From: Acetobacteraceae bacterium
GTDB lineage: Bacteria > Pseudomonadota > Alphaproteobacteria > Acetobacterales > Acetobacteraceae
Reading direction: 5' to 3'
DNA length: 59,774 nt
Assembly: GCA_027353465.1 (NCBI GenBank)
Contig: DAIEHR010000059.1
Location: 1-59,774, forward strand
Each line of letters begins with the position of its first letter. Position 1 is the stretch's first letter. Shown piece after piece: positions 38,379 to 49,692 of this stretch. Made by a program: the position numbers and the translations under genes. Below the pieces are notes generated by a model. That model worked only from the letters and a program-made list of their open reading frames with translations. It searched no databases and was not told the origin of the DNA.

Positions 38379-38658
38379 ATGCTGGTCCCCTCTCAGGCTC
38401 TGCATACTAAATACAGTATGGGGCGGTTGGGTTGCTGGCAATCGAAGATTCGGCCGCGGATGCAGAATCCTGTGGACAACCCGGGACTCCGGCGAAAAAG
38501 ATGGGGAAACCCACGGGTATCGCCAGTTTGGGGGAAAATGTGGCGGCATGCCGGCAGCCCGCTGACGGCAAGGCGCGGACCACCGCCTTGAAAGCGATTG
38601 TTGCCAAAAATCCGGTAAACCTGTGCCGCGGGGGCGGCGTCACCCCTGCGGCAGAAAC

Positions 38659-39837
38659 CTATCCGTTCGCGGTCGCCAGATAGTTCATCGCGGCCTGCAC
38701 GCCGCCTTCCTTGTGCGGAATGCCCGCCGCGCGCAGCCCCATTTCCACACCCGTCAGCGTGCCGGTGAACGACAATACGCCCAGATCGCCCATATGACCG
38801 ATGCGGAACACCTTATCCTCAATCCGGCCCAGGCCGTTGCCCAGCGCCATGTTGAAACGGTCCAGGATCACATTGCGCAGATTGTCCGCGCTGTGTCCGT
38901 CCGGCACCCGGATGGCGGTCACACCCGGAGCGTAAGCATTCGGATCCTGACATTGCAGCTCCAGGCCCCAGGCGGCGACCGCCAGGCGGGTGGCCTGGGC
39001 ATAGCGGCTGTGACGGGCAAAGACGTTTTGCAAGCCTTCCTCGGCCAGCATGTCCATCGCCTCGTTCAAGGCAAACAGCAGGTTTACCGCTGGGGTGTAA
39101 GGGAAATACCCGGTCTTGTTGGAAGCAACCAGCGGCTCCCAGTCCCAATAGCTACGACGGGCGCCCCCGGCTCGGGCGGCCGCCAGAGCCTTGTCGCTGA
39201 TCGCGGTGAATGACAGGCCGGGCGGAACCATCAGGCCCTTTTGCGAGCCGGCGATGGTGACATCCACGCCCCAGGCATCGTGCCGGTAGTCGGCACATCC
39301 CAACGAGGAAATCGCATCCACCATCAGCAGGGCAGGGTGCTTCGCCCGGTTCATCGCATCGCGCACGGCGGCGATGTCGGTCATGCAGCTGGTCGAGGTC
39401 TCGCTGTGCACCGCGCACGCCGCCTTGATCCGGTGTTCGGTATCCTGCTCCAGCGCCTGTCCGATGGCGGTCGGGTTGGCACCGCGCCGCCAGTCAGTTT
39501 CCAGCGCCACGACATCGACACCCAGCCTTGTGGCCATCTGTTCCCACAGGTGGGAAAACTGGCCGGTGCGGCTGATCAGAATACGGTCGCCGGGAACCAG
39601 CGTGTTGGCCAGCGAGGACTCCCATGCGCCGGTCCCGGACGCCGGGAAAATGCCGATCGTCGCCGATTCGGTCTGGAATACGCCGCGCAGCTTGCCAACG
39701 ATCTCGCGTCCCAGTTCACCGAATTCGGGGCCACGGTGGTTGATGGCGTTGCGGTCCATCGCGCGCAGCACGCGGTCAGGCAAATTGGTCGGCCCTGGCG
39801 TCTGCAGGAAGTGCCGGCCGGAAACAAATTTCGACAT
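38659..39837 (-). CDS. Serine/alanine--glyoxylate aminotransferase (class V PLP)
   Basis: GRHFLQTPGPTN, VHSETST, VDAISS, GSQKGLM (PLP Lys) and FRIGHMG. Confidence 0.9.
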   Translation of the reverse strand: MSKFVSGRHFLQTPGPTNLPDRVLRAMDRNAINHRGPEFGELGREIVGKLRGVFQTESATIGIFPASGTGAWESSLANTLVPGDRILISRTGQFSHLWEQMATRLGVDVVALETDWRRGANPTAIGQALEQDTEHRIKAACAVHSETSTSCMTDIAAVRDAMNRAKHPALLMVDAISSLGCADYRHDAWGVDVTIAGSQKGLMVPPGLSFTAISDKALAAARAGGARRSYWDWEPLVASNKTGYFPYTPAVNLLFALNEAMDMLAEEGLQNVFARHSRYAQATRLAVAAWGLELQCQDPNAYAPGVTAIRVPDGHSADNLRNVILDRFNMALGNGLGRIEDKVFRIGHMGDLGVLSFTGTLTGVEMGLRAAGIPHKEGGVQAAMNYLATANG

Positions 39838-39969
39838 TGGGAACGTACCCTCCAAGGGGCGGGTAACAACCATGCCGGAACCCAGTTTGCAACAGCGATA
39901 GCGAATAGGTGGGCTGCGCGTGGCCCGCCGGTAGGGTATGGAACGATGAAATCACAGGGAGTAACGGCC

Positions 39970-40479
39970 ATGGCTTCATTGATCCTGACCGTCGTGGGTC
40001 CAGATCGTCCCGGCTTGGTGTGCGCGTTGGCCGAGGCCGTGGACGCCGCCGGCGGCAGTTGGCAAGAAAGCCGGATGGCCCGACTAGCCGGCCAGTTCGC
40101 CGGTATCGTTCTTGTCGAGGCACCTGAAGGTTTGACTGAGGATCTGCGCGCGCTTCAGAACCAGGGCTTGCGCATCACCGTCCAGGCAGGCGTCACCACA
40201 CCGGCCACTGTCACGGCACCGCGTCTGGCACTGGAAGTCGTCGGCAACGACCGGCCGGGCATTGTTCGCGATATCTCCCAGGTGTTGGCCAACCACAGGG
40301 TGAATATCGAGGAATTGACCACCGGCGTCGCCAGCGGCTCGTTCAGCGGCGAAGCGTTGTTCAAGGTGACAGCGCTGGTGCGCGCGCCCAACGATGCCGC
40401 GGTGGACCTGGTCAGGACCGGGCTGGAGGCATTAGGCAACGAACTGATGGTGGATATTCAGGTCATCGGGCAGGGGTGA
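39970..40479 (+). CDS. Tandem ACT-domain protein (GcvR-like)
   Basis: GPDRPGLV...WQESRMARLAGQFAG and GNDRPGIV...VNIEEL. Confidence 0.85.
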   Translation: MASLILTVVGPDRPGLVCALAEAVDAAGGSWQESRMARLAGQFAGIVLVEAPEGLTEDLRALQNQGLRITVQAGVTTPATVTAPRLALEVVGNDRPGIVRDISQVLANHRVNIEELTTGVASGSFSGEALFKVTALVRAPNDAAVDLVRTGLEALGNELMVDIQVIGQG

Positions 40480-40485
40480 TCCGCG

Positions 40486-41610
40486 TTACGTCGTCCGAGC
40501 GGCGACGGAGCGAAAACGGCGCAGCGCGAGCCAGAAAAACAGGCCGCCGATCGTGGCGGTAGCCAGGAACCGCGGCCAAACGACCGAAAGACCCGCACCG
40601 CGATAGAGTATCGCTTGCGCGAACGATACGAAATGCGTGGAGGGCGATATCCGCACGGCGACCGCCAGCCAATGCGGCATGCTTTCCAACGGGGTGTTAC
40701 TGCCGGACAGCATATTCATTGGCATGTAGATCAGCATGTACAGCAGCCCAAGCTGGGGCATCGAGCGCGCGACCGTTCCCATGAAGATCCCGATGGCGGT
40801 CGCGAAGAAAAGATAGATCACCACCCCGACCATGAACAAAGGAATGGAGCCGGCGATCGGAATCCCCAGGATGGTCTTCACCACGATGTAAAGCGAAAGC
40901 CCGGCTGCAACGGTTATCACCAGGCCGTTCGCCCAAACCTTCGACATCGCGATCTCGAACGGCGTCAGCGGCATCACCAGCAAATGGTCCATCGTGCCGT
41001 GCTCGCGCTCTCGCACGATGGCGGCGCCGGACAGGATGATGGCCAGCATGGTCACGTCGTTGATGATGCCCATCACGCTGCTGAAACAGGCCGTCGTCGC
41101 GTTCGGATTGAAGGCGATATGCACCACAAGGTTGACGGGCGAGAGTTGCGTGTGCTCCGCCTTTGACATGAAGCCGGCGATTTCGGCCGTGATGATCTGC
41201 TGCGCGTAGCCCGCCCCAAGCCCTGCTTGCACCACCGCTGTGGCATCGACATTGACCTGCAGGTCCGGCCGGCGCCCGCCCAGGACATCGCGTTGAAAAT
41301 GCGGCGGTATATCCACCACGAAGGTAAAGGCCCCGGCGTTCATCTTCGGCACGATATCTGCCTCTGTGATCATCCGCGGCGGCTTGAAATAGGGCGGCAG
41401 GAACGCTTGCGCGATCCGCCGTGAGAGTTCGGAGTTGTCTTCGTCAACGATGGCGATCGACGCATTATGCAGTTCCTGCGCGCTGCTGCGCGCCTGCATG
41501 GTCACGGCGAAAGAGAACGCATAGATCACCAGCCCCAGCAATACGAAGTCATGCGAGAAGCTGCGAAGTTCCTTGGTACCAAGCCAAAAGATGTTGGCGA
41601 TTTTGCGCAT
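40486..41610 (-). CDS. yhhJ: ABC-2 transporter permease, YhhJ-like
   Basis: LGTKELRS, REREHGTMDHLLVMP and LSGSNTPLESMP. Confidence 0.88.
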   Translation of the reverse strand: MRKIANIFWLGTKELRSFSHDFVLLGLVIYAFSFAVTMQARSSAQELHNASIAIVDEDNSELSRRIAQAFLPPYFKPPRMITEADIVPKMNAGAFTFVVDIPPHFQRDVLGGRRPDLQVNVDATAVVQAGLGAGYAQQIITAEIAGFMSKAEHTQLSPVNLVVHIAFNPNATTACFSSVMGIINDVTMLAIILSGAAIVREREHGTMDHLLVMPLTPFEIAMSKVWANGLVITVAAGLSLYIVVKTILGIPIAGSIPLFMVGVVIYLFFATAIGIFMGTVARSMPQLGLLYMLIYMPMNMLSGSNTPLESMPHWLAVAVRISPSTHFVSFAQAILYRGAGLSVVWPRFLATATIGGLFFWLALRRFRSVAARTT

Positions 41611-44340
41611 CTAACGCTCTTGCTTCCGCAGCAGCATGCGGTTCAGCAGGAGCAGGACCGGGACGAATACGGCCAGTGCCACGAGATCCGGCGCCAGATC
41701 GGCAAACCCCAACCCCTTGGTGAACGTCCCGACGCTGATCGGAACAAAATAGCTCATCGGGAACGCCCGGCCCATCAGTTGTGCGCTGCCGGCCAGCGAT
41801 GCCACCGGGGTCATCATGCCAGAGAACTGAACGGCCGGCAGCACAGTCAAAATCGCGGTGCCGAACAAGGCCGCGATCTGTGTCTTGGTGAAGGCCGAGA
41901 TCAGCATCCCATAGGCCGTGGTCGTCGTGACGTAGATCAGCGCGCCCAACAACAGCACCGGGAAACTGCCGGTCAACGGCACCCTGAAGATAAACAGCGC
42001 CATGATGCACATCACGGCGAAATTGATCATCGCGACGCCAATATACGGAAGCTGCTTGCCCACCAGGAACTCAATCCGTGTGACCGGGGTCACGTAAAGA
42101 TTGGTGATCGAACCCATCTCCTTTTCGCGCACCACCGCCAGCGCCGTTAAGATCGCTGGAAACAAGGCCAGCAACAGCGAGATGATCGTGGGAACCATCG
42201 CGTACATGCTTTTGAAGTCTTGATTGTATTTGAATCTGATTTCGATATCCGCGGGCGGTGGTGCTGCTGGCACGGTTGTCCTGACGGCCGGATCCGTCAG
42301 ATATGTCTGGTGCATGCCTTCCAGGTAGCCGCGTATCGTTTGTGCGCGAAACGGCATCGCCCCATCCACGGTGGCGTTGACCCATGTCGGGCGGCCTCGC
42401 GCGATATCGCGGCCGAACCCGGGAGGAATTTCGATAGCCGCGGAAACAGCCCCGTCCTTCAGACGTCGCTCCAGATCGTTGCAGTCGATCAGCGGCGACT
42501 CCTCGATAAAGTAAGTAGAACCCCTCAGTTCCTCCAAATACGCTCGGCTTTCCGGCGTCTGATCGCGGTCGAGCACGGCGAACGACAGATTGTTCACGTC
42601 GGTGGAGATGCCGAAGCCGAACACCAGCATCAGCAGCGCCGTGCCGAATAAGCCGAAACTCAGCCGAATCGGGTCGCGCAACAGTTCCAGGGTTTCGCGG
42701 ATCGTATAGGCAAACAGCCGGCGCGGACTGAACCACCGCCTGACGCGCGTTCGCGGCTGATCGGCGTGATCCGTGGTCGCCGCCACCGGAGCGATGCGCG
42801 GACCGGAAGCCTGCTCCAGAAAAGCGATGAACGCGCCCTCCAGATTTGCCGCGCCTCGCGCCGCGATCAGGCGCGCCGGCGTATCGGTCGCCAGCACACG
42901 GCCGGAGTCCATCAGCGAAACCCGGTCACAGCGCTCCGCCTCGTTCATGAAGTGCGTGGAGACGAAAATGGTAACATCCTGGTCGCGGGACAGTTCGATC
43001 AGCAGTTCCCAGAACCGGTCGCGGGCCAGCGGATCAACGCCCGAGGTGGGTTCGTCCAGGATCAGCAGTTCCGGTTCATGGACGATCGCCACCGCCAGCG
43101 ACAGCCGCTGGCGAATCCCAAGCGGCAGGTCCAGGGCGCGATGCGTAAGGTAGTCCGCCAGGCCAAACCGATTTACCAGATAGGCGATGCGCGCCTGCGC
43201 CTTGCCGGCGGGCAAATGGTACAGGTGCGCGTGCAGCGTCAGGTTCTGCCTAACGGTCAGTTCGGTGTAGAGCGAGAACGACTGCGACATGTAGCCAACG
43301 CGGCGGCGCAGCGTCATGTCGGTCGCGTCGAGCGGCTGACCGAACAGCAGGGCCGTTCCTTCGGTTGCCGGCAACAGGCCGGTGAGCATCTTCATGGTTG
43401 TCGTCTTGCCGCAGCCATTGGAGCCCAGAAATCCAAAGATTTCCCCGCGTCCAATGGTAAAACTGACTTTATCGACGGCGGTGAAATCGCCAAACCGGCA
43501 GGTGATATCGTTTGCGACGATCACCGGATGCCCATCGGGGTTCCGCCATGGCGGGATCTCGATTGCCTTGTGACCGGCCCGCTGTTCCGCCGGCAAAAGG
43601 GCGATGAAGGCGTCCTCCACAGTCGCACCTCCGGTGGATGCTTTCAGCTCGGACGGCGACCCGGTCGCCAGTACCCGGCCATCGTTCATCGCGACCAGCC
43701 AATCGAACCGTCCGGCTTCCTCCATGTATGCCGTCGCGACCATCAGGCTCATGCCCGGGCGCCGCGACCGCATAACCTCGATCAACTCCCAGAACTGGCG
43801 GCGGGACAGTGGATCGACGCCCGTTGTGGGTTCGTCCAGGATCAGCAGGTCCGGATCGTGGATCAACGAACAGCAAAGCCCCAGCTTCTGGCGCATGCCG
43901 CCGGAAAGCTTGCTGGCGGCGCGGTCAGCGAACGGCGTCAGCCCGGTAGCGTGCAGCAACTCCGCCGTGCGCCATGCCCGTTCGGATGCCGATTGCCCGA
44001 ACAGGCGGCTGAAAAACGCGATGTTTTCAACGACGCTCAGGTCGGGATACAGGTTCTTGCCCAGACCTTGCGGCATATAGGCGATGCGTGGGCAGACCTC
44101 GGCTCTGTAACCCGCATCGGCCATATCGCCGCCCAGAACCTGAACGGTGCCGGATTGAATCTGCCGGGAACCGGCGATCAGGCTCAGCACCGAGGATTTG
44201 CCCACGCCATCCGGCCCGATCAGCCCGATCACGCACCCGGCGGGCAGATCGAGCGTGATCGCGTCCAGCGCGACGACCTTGCGATAACGCAGTCCAACAT
44301 TCTCCAGGCGGGCGGCCAGCCGCCTGTCATGCCCGGTCAT
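41611..44340 (-). CDS. rbbA: Ribosome-associated ATPase/ABC transporter RbbA (2 ABC domains plus permease)
   Basis: [33 protein letters not shown] and a C-terminal ABC-2 membrane domain ([16 protein letters not shown]). Confidence 0.92.
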   Translation of the reverse strand: MTGHDRRLAARLENVGLRYRKVVALDAITLDLPAGCVIGLIGPDGVGKSSVLSLIAGSRQIQSGTVQVLGGDMADAGYRAEVCPRIAYMPQGLGKNLYPDLSVVENIAFFSRLFGQSASERAWRTAELLHATGLTPFADRAASKLSGGMRQKLGLCCSLIHDPDLLILDEPTTGVDPLSRRQFWELIEVMRSRRPGMSLMVATAYMEEAGRFDWLVAMNDGRVLATGSPSELKASTGGATVEDAFIALLPAEQRAGHKAIEIPPWRNPDGHPVIVANDITCRFGDFTAVDKVSFTIGRGEIFGFLGSNGCGKTTTMKMLTGLLPATEGTALLFGQPLDATDMTLRRRVGYMSQSFSLYTELTVRQNLTLHAHLYHLPAGKAQARIAYLVNRFGLADYLTHRALDLPLGIRQRLSLAVAIVHEPELLILDEPTSGVDPLARDRFWELLIELSRDQDVTIFVSTHFMNEAERCDRVSLMDSGRVLATDTPARLIAARGAANLEGAFIAFLEQASGPRIAPVAATTDHADQPRTRVRRWFSPRRLFAYTIRETLELLRDPIRLSFGLFGTALLMLVFGFGISTDVNNLSFAVLDRDQTPESRAYLEELRGSTYFIEESPLIDCNDLERRLKDGAVSAAIEIPPGFGRDIARGRPTWVNATVDGAMPFRAQTIRGYLEGMHQTYLTDPAVRTTVPAAPPPADIEIRFKYNQDFKSMYAMVPTIISLLLALFPAILTALAVVREKEMGSITNLYVTPVTRIEFLVGKQLPYIGVAMINFAVMCIMALFIFRVPLTGSFPVLLLGALIYVTTTTAYGMLISAFTKTQIAALFGTAILTVLPAVQFSGMMTPVASLAGSAQLMGRAFPMSYFVPISVGTFTKGLGFADLAPDLVALAVFVPVLLLLNRMLLRKQER

Positions 44341-45413
44341 TTTATCTCGACCGCTTGCAGCGATGCGGGCCAGTTCACCCCGGAATCGGTGCGGACATAT
44401 CCCACGCCCGGCAGGCCGGTTCTAACCCTATCCGCCCGGGTTTTCAGCAATGCGGGATCGACGCGAACGCGCACCCGGAACATCAGCTTGTCCCGCTCGT
44501 CCTTGGTTTCGACATCCTTGGGCGTAAATTGCGCCTTCGATGCGATGAACACCACGGCGGAGGGGATAGGGTAGGACGGATAGGCGTCCAGAACGATGCG
44601 GGCATCGGAGCCTGGTTTCACCCGTCCAGCGTCCAAAGTGGGCAGATAGATGTCCATATAGACGTAGCCGGTGTCGAGGATCGTGAAGACTTTCCCGCCC
44701 GCGGGCAACACTTCGCCGACATTGGCTACGCGATATTGGATCCGTCCGTCCTTCGGCGCGACCAGCGAATTGTCGGCGATATTGACCTGATAAAGCCGCA
44801 CATCGTGCATCGCCGCGTCGAGCGCGAATTTTGCCTGCTGGATTCTGGCTATGGTGGCGTTCTGCGCGGCGGTGGCGCTGTTCATTTGTTGCTGGCGCTG
44901 ATCCAGAACCTCCCTGGATTCGAAGCCCTTGGGCACCAGGGCGCGCGTGCGGTCCAGTTGCTGCTGGGCAAGCAATACCTGCGTTTTTTGCTGTGCCAGG
45001 TTCGCCTCGGCTTCATCGAGGGCCTGCTGCGCCTGTTGCACCAGCGCCGCCGCCTTTTGTAGCGACACCTGTAGATCCCGCGTGTCCATCACCGCGACCA
45101 CCTGGCCGGCTTTCACGACATCGCCTTCATCGGCCAGCAACTGGGCGACGCGGCCGGCGAACTTGGTGTCGATATCGATCTCATCCGCTTCCAGCCGCCC
45201 GTTGCCGAAGGCGATCCCGGGGGGCAATCCGTTTCGTGGGTAGAACCACCAGGTGCTGGCGCCGATAGCGCCGATCAACATGATCAACAGCAGCAGCGCG
45301 CGTTTGCGCCAGCGCCGCTTGTCCGGTTCGGGTGCCGGAAGGACAGCCGCCGGTACCTGATCGGCCGGCCTGACCGCCGGGAGTGTATTGGATTCTTTTA
45401 GTGGGGTATTCAT
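44337..45413 (-). CDS. yhiI: HlyD family membrane fusion protein, YhiI-like
   Basis: N-terminal [21 protein letters not shown] and [21 protein letters not shown]. Start 45413 is preferred over 45443 because of the predicted promoter. Confidence 0.88.
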   Translation of the reverse strand: MNTPLKESNTLPAVRPADQVPAAVLPAPEPDKRRWRKRALLLLIMLIGAIGASTWWFYPRNGLPPGIAFGNGRLEADEIDIDTKFAGRVAQLLADEGDVVKAGQVVAVMDTRDLQVSLQKAAALVQQAQQALDEAEANLAQQKTQVLLAQQQLDRTRALVPKGFESREVLDQRQQQMNSATAAQNATIARIQQAKFALDAAMHDVRLYQVNIADNSLVAPKDGRIQYRVANVGEVLPAGGKVFTILDTGYVYMDIYLPTLDAGRVKPGSDARIVLDAYPSYPIPSAVVFIASKAQFTPKDVETKDERDKLMFRVRVRVDPALLKTRADRVRTGLPGVGYVRTDSGVNWPASLQAVEIK

Positions 45414-45438
45414 GCCTGCTGACGACGATGCTGTGTGC

Positions 45439-45480
45439 ATCATATGGGCAGTGCCGTCAGGCGACGTTGATCTCGCGCAA
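45439..45480 (-). promoter_or_regulatory. Class II FNR/FixK-dependent promoter of yhiI-rbbA-yhhJ
   Basis: TTGATCTCGCGCAA (45467-45480) fits TTG(A/C)-N6-(T/G)CAA. A minus-strand TATGAT -10 at 45444-45439 centres the box at -41.5. Confidence 0.7.
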
Positions 45481-45526
45481 TGCCTGCGCCAGCGTTTCTT
45501 TCCGCTGGAGCAGCCGCGGGAGGGCT

Positions 45527-47353
45527 CTACTCCACCGTCACCGACTTCGCCAGATTGCGCGGCTGATCGACATCGGTGCCCTTCAGCACCGCCACCTGAT
45601 ACGCCAGCATCTGCACCGGAATCGCGTACAGGATCGGCGCCACGAACGGGTCCACGTCGGGCAGGATCACCGTTTCCACCGCGATCCCCTTCAGCTTTGC
45701 CGCGCCCGCCGCATCGCTGAACACGATTACTTGACCGCCGCGCGCCGCGGCTTCCTGCAGGTTAGAGGCTGTCTTTTCGAACAACGGCCCCGACGGGGCG
45801 ATGGCGATCACCGGAACCGCCGGATCAATCAACGCGATCGGGCCGTGCTTCATCTCCCCGGCCGCATAACCCTCGGCATGGATATAGCTGATTTCCTTCA
45901 ACTTCAGGGCGCCCTCCAGCGCGATCGGGAAGCAGTTCCCGCGCCCCAGGAACAGCACATCCCTGGCCTTGGCCACCCGCACCGCCAGCGAGGCGATCGC
46001 ATCCTCGTTCGCCAGAACCTCTGCCGCCCGGCTAGGCACTTCCAGCAGCGCCGCGGTCATCCGAGCCTCTTCGTCGGCGCTGATGGCGCCGGTCTGCCGG
46101 CCTGCCGCCAATGCGAGGCATGCCAGCACGGACAACTGCGCGGTAAAGGCCTTCGTGCTGGCCACGCCAATCTCGGGGCCAGCGACGGTTTCCAGCACCG
46201 CATCGCTCTCCCGCGCCATGGTGCTTTCCGGCACGTTCAGGATCGACAGCACCTGCTGGCCCTGCTCGCGCATATAGCGCAGCGCCGCCAGCGTATCGGC
46301 TGTCTCTCCGGACTGGGACACTAACAGCCCCAACCCGCCCTTGGGCATCGGCGGAGTCCGGTAGCGGAACTCGCTGGCCACATCGCCATCGGCTGGAATG
46401 CGGGCAATGGCCTCAAACCACCAGCGCCCGACCAGCCCGGCATAGAACGCGCTGCCGCACGCGCTCATGGTGATACGCGACACCTGGCGGAAATCGATCC
46501 CCAGATCGGCCGGCAGAGCCACCGACCGGTTCCCCGGGCTGATCATCTGGTGCAGCGTGTCGCCGATCACCGCCGGATGCTCATGGAGTTCCTTTTCCAT
46601 GAAATGCCGGAAATTGCCCTTGCCGATCGACGCGCCGGTCAGCCGGGTCAGCTTGACCTCTCGCTCCACCTGCTTGCCGTCGGCACGGAAGAAGCGCGCG
46701 CCCTGGCGGTCCACGACTGTCCAGTCGCCGTCCTGAAGATAGGCGATCCGCCGGGTCAGTGGCGCCAGCGCCAGGGCATCCGATCCGACGAACATCTCAT
46801 CCTCGCCGAACCCGATCGCCAGCGGGGCGCCGTGCTGCGCACCGACGATCAGGTCCGGATGGCCGGCGAAGATCATCGCCAGCGCATAGGCGCCTTCCAA
46901 CCGCCGCAGCGCCGCGCCGGCCGCCTCGATCGGCTCCATACCGCGCTTAAGGTTCAGATCGACCAGTTGGGCGACGGTTTCGGTATCGGTTTCGGTGCTG
47001 AATTCCTGACCCGCCGCTTCCAGTTCGGCCCGCAGTTCAGCATGATTCTCGATGATGCCGTTGTGTACCAGCGATACCCGGGCGGTGCCGTGCGGATGGG
47101 CGTTGCTTTCGGTCGGGGCGCCATGGGTTGCCCACCGCGTATGCCCGATCCCGATGGTGCCGGGCAGGGAGGCGCGGTCCAGCGATGCCGCCAGATTGCC
47201 CAGTTTGCCCTCGGCCCGGCGGCGGTCGATGTGACCGTTCACCAGCGTGGCAATGCCGGCGCTGTCATAGCCGCGATACTCAAGCCGCCGCAGCGCTTCC
47301 AGGATGATGGGTGCCGCGGGACGGGTGCCGATGACGCCAACAATGCCGCACAT
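45527..47353 (-). CDS. glmS: Glutamine--fructose-6-phosphate aminotransferase
   Basis: MCGIVG, LEYRGYDSAG, GHTRWATHG, SQSGET and PRNLAKSVTVE. Confidence 0.98.
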   Translation of the reverse strand: MCGIVGVIGTRPAAPIILEALRRLEYRGYDSAGIATLVNGHIDRRRAEGKLGNLAASLDRASLPGTIGIGHTRWATHGAPTESNAHPHGTARVSLVHNGIIENHAELRAELEAAGQEFSTETDTETVAQLVDLNLKRGMEPIEAAGAALRRLEGAYALAMIFAGHPDLIVGAQHGAPLAIGFGEDEMFVGSDALALAPLTRRIAYLQDGDWTVVDRQGARFFRADGKQVEREVKLTRLTGASIGKGNFRHFMEKELHEHPAVIGDTLHQMISPGNRSVALPADLGIDFRQVSRITMSACGSAFYAGLVGRWWFEAIARIPADGDVASEFRYRTPPMPKGGLGLLVSQSGETADTLAALRYMREQGQQVLSILNVPESTMARESDAVLETVAGPEIGVASTKAFTAQLSVLACLALAAGRQTGAISADEEARMTAALLEVPSRAAEVLANEDAIASLAVRVAKARDVLFLGRGNCFPIALEGALKLKEISYIHAEGYAAGEMKHGPIALIDPAVPVIAIAPSGPLFEKTASNLQEAAARGGQVIVFSDAAGAAKLKGIAVETVILPDVDPFVAPILYAIPVQMLAYQVAVLKGTDVDQPRNLAKSVTVE

Positions 47354-48703
47354 TCAATTTGAGTCCTTTGCCGCTTCGGTCCGCTTCAAGTCTTTCAGCC
47401 GTTGCGCGGCCGCCCGCATCCGCGGTGCCCGTCCAGGCTTCTGCACCTGTCGCCCACGGGCAAGCGCCAGAGCATCCGCCCCAACGTCCTCGGTGATGAC
47501 GCTGCCGGCCCCCAGTATGGCGCCGTCACCCACGGAAACCGGCGCGACAAGCGCCACATCGGACCCCACGAAAACATTCGCGCCGATCGTGGTGCGATGT
47601 TTGTTGATTCCATCATAATTGCAGGTGATCGTCCCGGCCCCGACATTGGTCGCCGCGCCGACCGACGCATCGCCCAGATAGGTCAGATGGCCCGCCTTGA
47701 CGCCCTGCGCCAGGTGGGACGCCTTGATTTCCACGAAGTTGCCGACGTGAACGTCGTTAGAGAGCGTCGTCCCGGGCCGGAACCGCGCAAACGGGCCGAT
47801 GACGCTGCCGGAGCCGATATGGGCGCCCTCAATATGACAAAACGCCTTGATCGTGACATTACTCTCCACGGTGACACCGGGGCCGAAGAAGACATTTGGC
47901 TCGATCGTCACGTCATTGCCCAACTTGGTATCATGGGACAGGAACACGCTGGCCGGATCGGTCATCGTAACGCCGGCGGCCATCGCCTCCTCCCGCATCC
48001 AGCCTTGCAGCACCGCCTCGGCCCGAGCCAGTTCGTTGCGGGAGTTCACGCCCGCCAGTTCGTCCGCCGGGGCTTCGACCGCGCGCACTTCGCATCCGTC
48101 GGCACGGGCCAGCGCCACCAGATCGGTCAAATAGTATTCCCCCGCCGCGTTGTTATTCTTCACGCTACGCAGCCAACGCTTCATCTGCTCCGCGCCGGCG
48201 CACAGCACACCCGCGTTGCACAATCCTACCCCGCGTTCGTCCGGCGAGGCGTCGGCATATTCCACGATCCGCACCACCAGCCGGTCGGTGCCGGTGATGA
48301 CACGGCCGTATTTTGCCGGATCCGCCGGGCGGAATGCCATCAGCGACAGGGCGGTCAGGCCCCGCGTGTCCAGCAGCCGGCGCAGCGTTGCCGGACGGAT
48401 CAGCGGATTGTCGGCATACAGTACCGCTACCTGGCCGTCGCCGAAATGGTCGGCCGCCTGCAGCGCGGCGTGGGCGGTGCCCAGACGGTCGTTCTGTACC
48501 ACGCAAATATGGGGCCGGGCTTCCTGCCGCACATCATCCATATCAGGCCCCAGAACGACAACGATCCGGTCAAACACCGATTCGCAACTTGCCAGAAGGT
48601 GCCGAAGCATGGATCGTCCGGCCAGACGATGAAGCGTCTTCGGCACCGACGACTTCATCCGTGTGCCAAGGCCGGCGGCCAGGACGATGGCGGTTGACTG
48701 CAT
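47354..48703 (-). CDS. glmU: Bifunctional UDP-GlcNAc pyrophosphorylase/acetyltransferase
   Basis: LAAGLGTRMKS, GEYYLTD, GNFVEIK, HLTYLGD, TCNYDG and hexapeptide repeats. Confidence 0.97.
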   Translation of the reverse strand: MQSTAIVLAAGLGTRMKSSVPKTLHRLAGRSMLRHLLASCESVFDRIVVVLGPDMDDVRQEARPHICVVQNDRLGTAHAALQAADHFGDGQVAVLYADNPLIRPATLRRLLDTRGLTALSLMAFRPADPAKYGRVITGTDRLVVRIVEYADASPDERGVGLCNAGVLCAGAEQMKRWLRSVKNNNAAGEYYLTDLVALARADGCEVRAVEAPADELAGVNSRNELARAEAVLQGWMREEAMAAGVTMTDPASVFLSHDTKLGNDVTIEPNVFFGPGVTVESNVTIKAFCHIEGAHIGSGSVIGPFARFRPGTTLSNDVHVGNFVEIKASHLAQGVKAGHLTYLGDASVGAATNVGAGTITCNYDGINKHRTTIGANVFVGSDVALVAPVSVGDGAILGAGSVITEDVGADALALARGRQVQKPGRAPRMRAAAQRLKDLKRTEAAKDSN

Positions 48704-48918
48704 ACTCGACCCTTGCTTAGCCAATGGATAAGGTCCAGCGGAGGAGGCCTCCGGACCTTACCCACCAGACTTAGAATGCGCGGGCTGATTCGCCGAACGG
48801 CGCGGGTGCTTCCCTCGGGATCAGTCCACTACCGGGTCTGGCGTAGCGGCGATGGCGGCAGACTGTCAAAGGCCACCGTTATGATATTGGTTCAATTCAC
48901 GTTTCGGAGTGCAACATA

Positions 48919-49572
48919 GTGGCGCGGACCCTGCTGCTGGATCTGGATGGGACGCTGGTCGATACCGTGCCCGACCTGACGGCGGCGCTGAACCGGCTGA
49001 TGCGGTCGCGCGATCTGCCGGATTTTACCGAACGACAGGTCACGGCGATGGTCGGCGACGGGATCGCTGTCCTCACCGACAGGGCATTCGCCGCGCATGG
49101 CCGCCAGCCTGACGCCGGGGCCGCGGCATGGCTGGCGGCGGATTACACCGACCACGTGTCTGTCCACAGCCGGCTGTATCCCGATGTCATGACCGCACTG
49201 GCCGATCTCTCACGCGAAGGCTGGCAACTCGCGGTTTGCACCAACAAGCCAGAGCGCGCGGCCCGGACCCTGCTACGGCGGATGGAGCTGTTGCCGATGC
49301 TGTGCGCGGTTGGCGGCGGCGACAGCTTCCCGGTTCGCAAACCCGATCCCGCGCATTTGCTGGCAACCCTGGAACTGGCTCAGGGCCATGCCGACAAGGC
49401 GGTCATGATCGGCGACCACCACAACGATGTGGTGGCGGCCGCGGGTGCGGGCATTCCCTGTATCTTCGCCGCCTGGGGCTATGGCACCGCATCGATGGCG
49501 GCAGGGAGTTCCGCGATGGCGGCGGGGATGGCGCAGGCCGCGAGGATCGCCAACCGTCTTCTGCCAGCGTAA
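48919..49572 (+). CDS. gph: Phosphoglycolate phosphatase (HAD)
   Basis: DLDGTLVDT, CTNKP, KPDP and IGDHHND. Divergent from glmU, as is common in alphaproteobacteria. Confidence 0.85.
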   Translation: MARTLLLDLDGTLVDTVPDLTAALNRLMRSRDLPDFTERQVTAMVGDGIAVLTDRAFAAHGRQPDAGAAAWLAADYTDHVSVHSRLYPDVMTALADLSREGWQLAVCTNKPERAARTLLRRMELLPMLCAVGGGDSFPVRKPDPAHLLATLELAQGHADKAVMIGDHHNDVVAAAGAGIPCIFAAWGYGTASMAAGSSAMAAGMAQAARIANRLLPA

Positions 49573-49692
49573 TCCGTCCCACCCGATCAGCTTCCCCCTC
49601 GCTATCAAACCTCCGTGTTTCCTCGGCCACCGGCTTCGCGCGTGGTCCATATCGGCCGCAATATCGCAACATCGTCGCAACAGGAGCGGGAC

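Noticed and set aside
45481-45560. attTn7 site at the glmS 3' end, with the rbbA cassette as possible Tn7 cargo
   Set aside because: No TGT…ACA ends, TnsB-site repeats or tns genes. Only a short CCAGCG/CGCTGG hairpin and a promoter are present.
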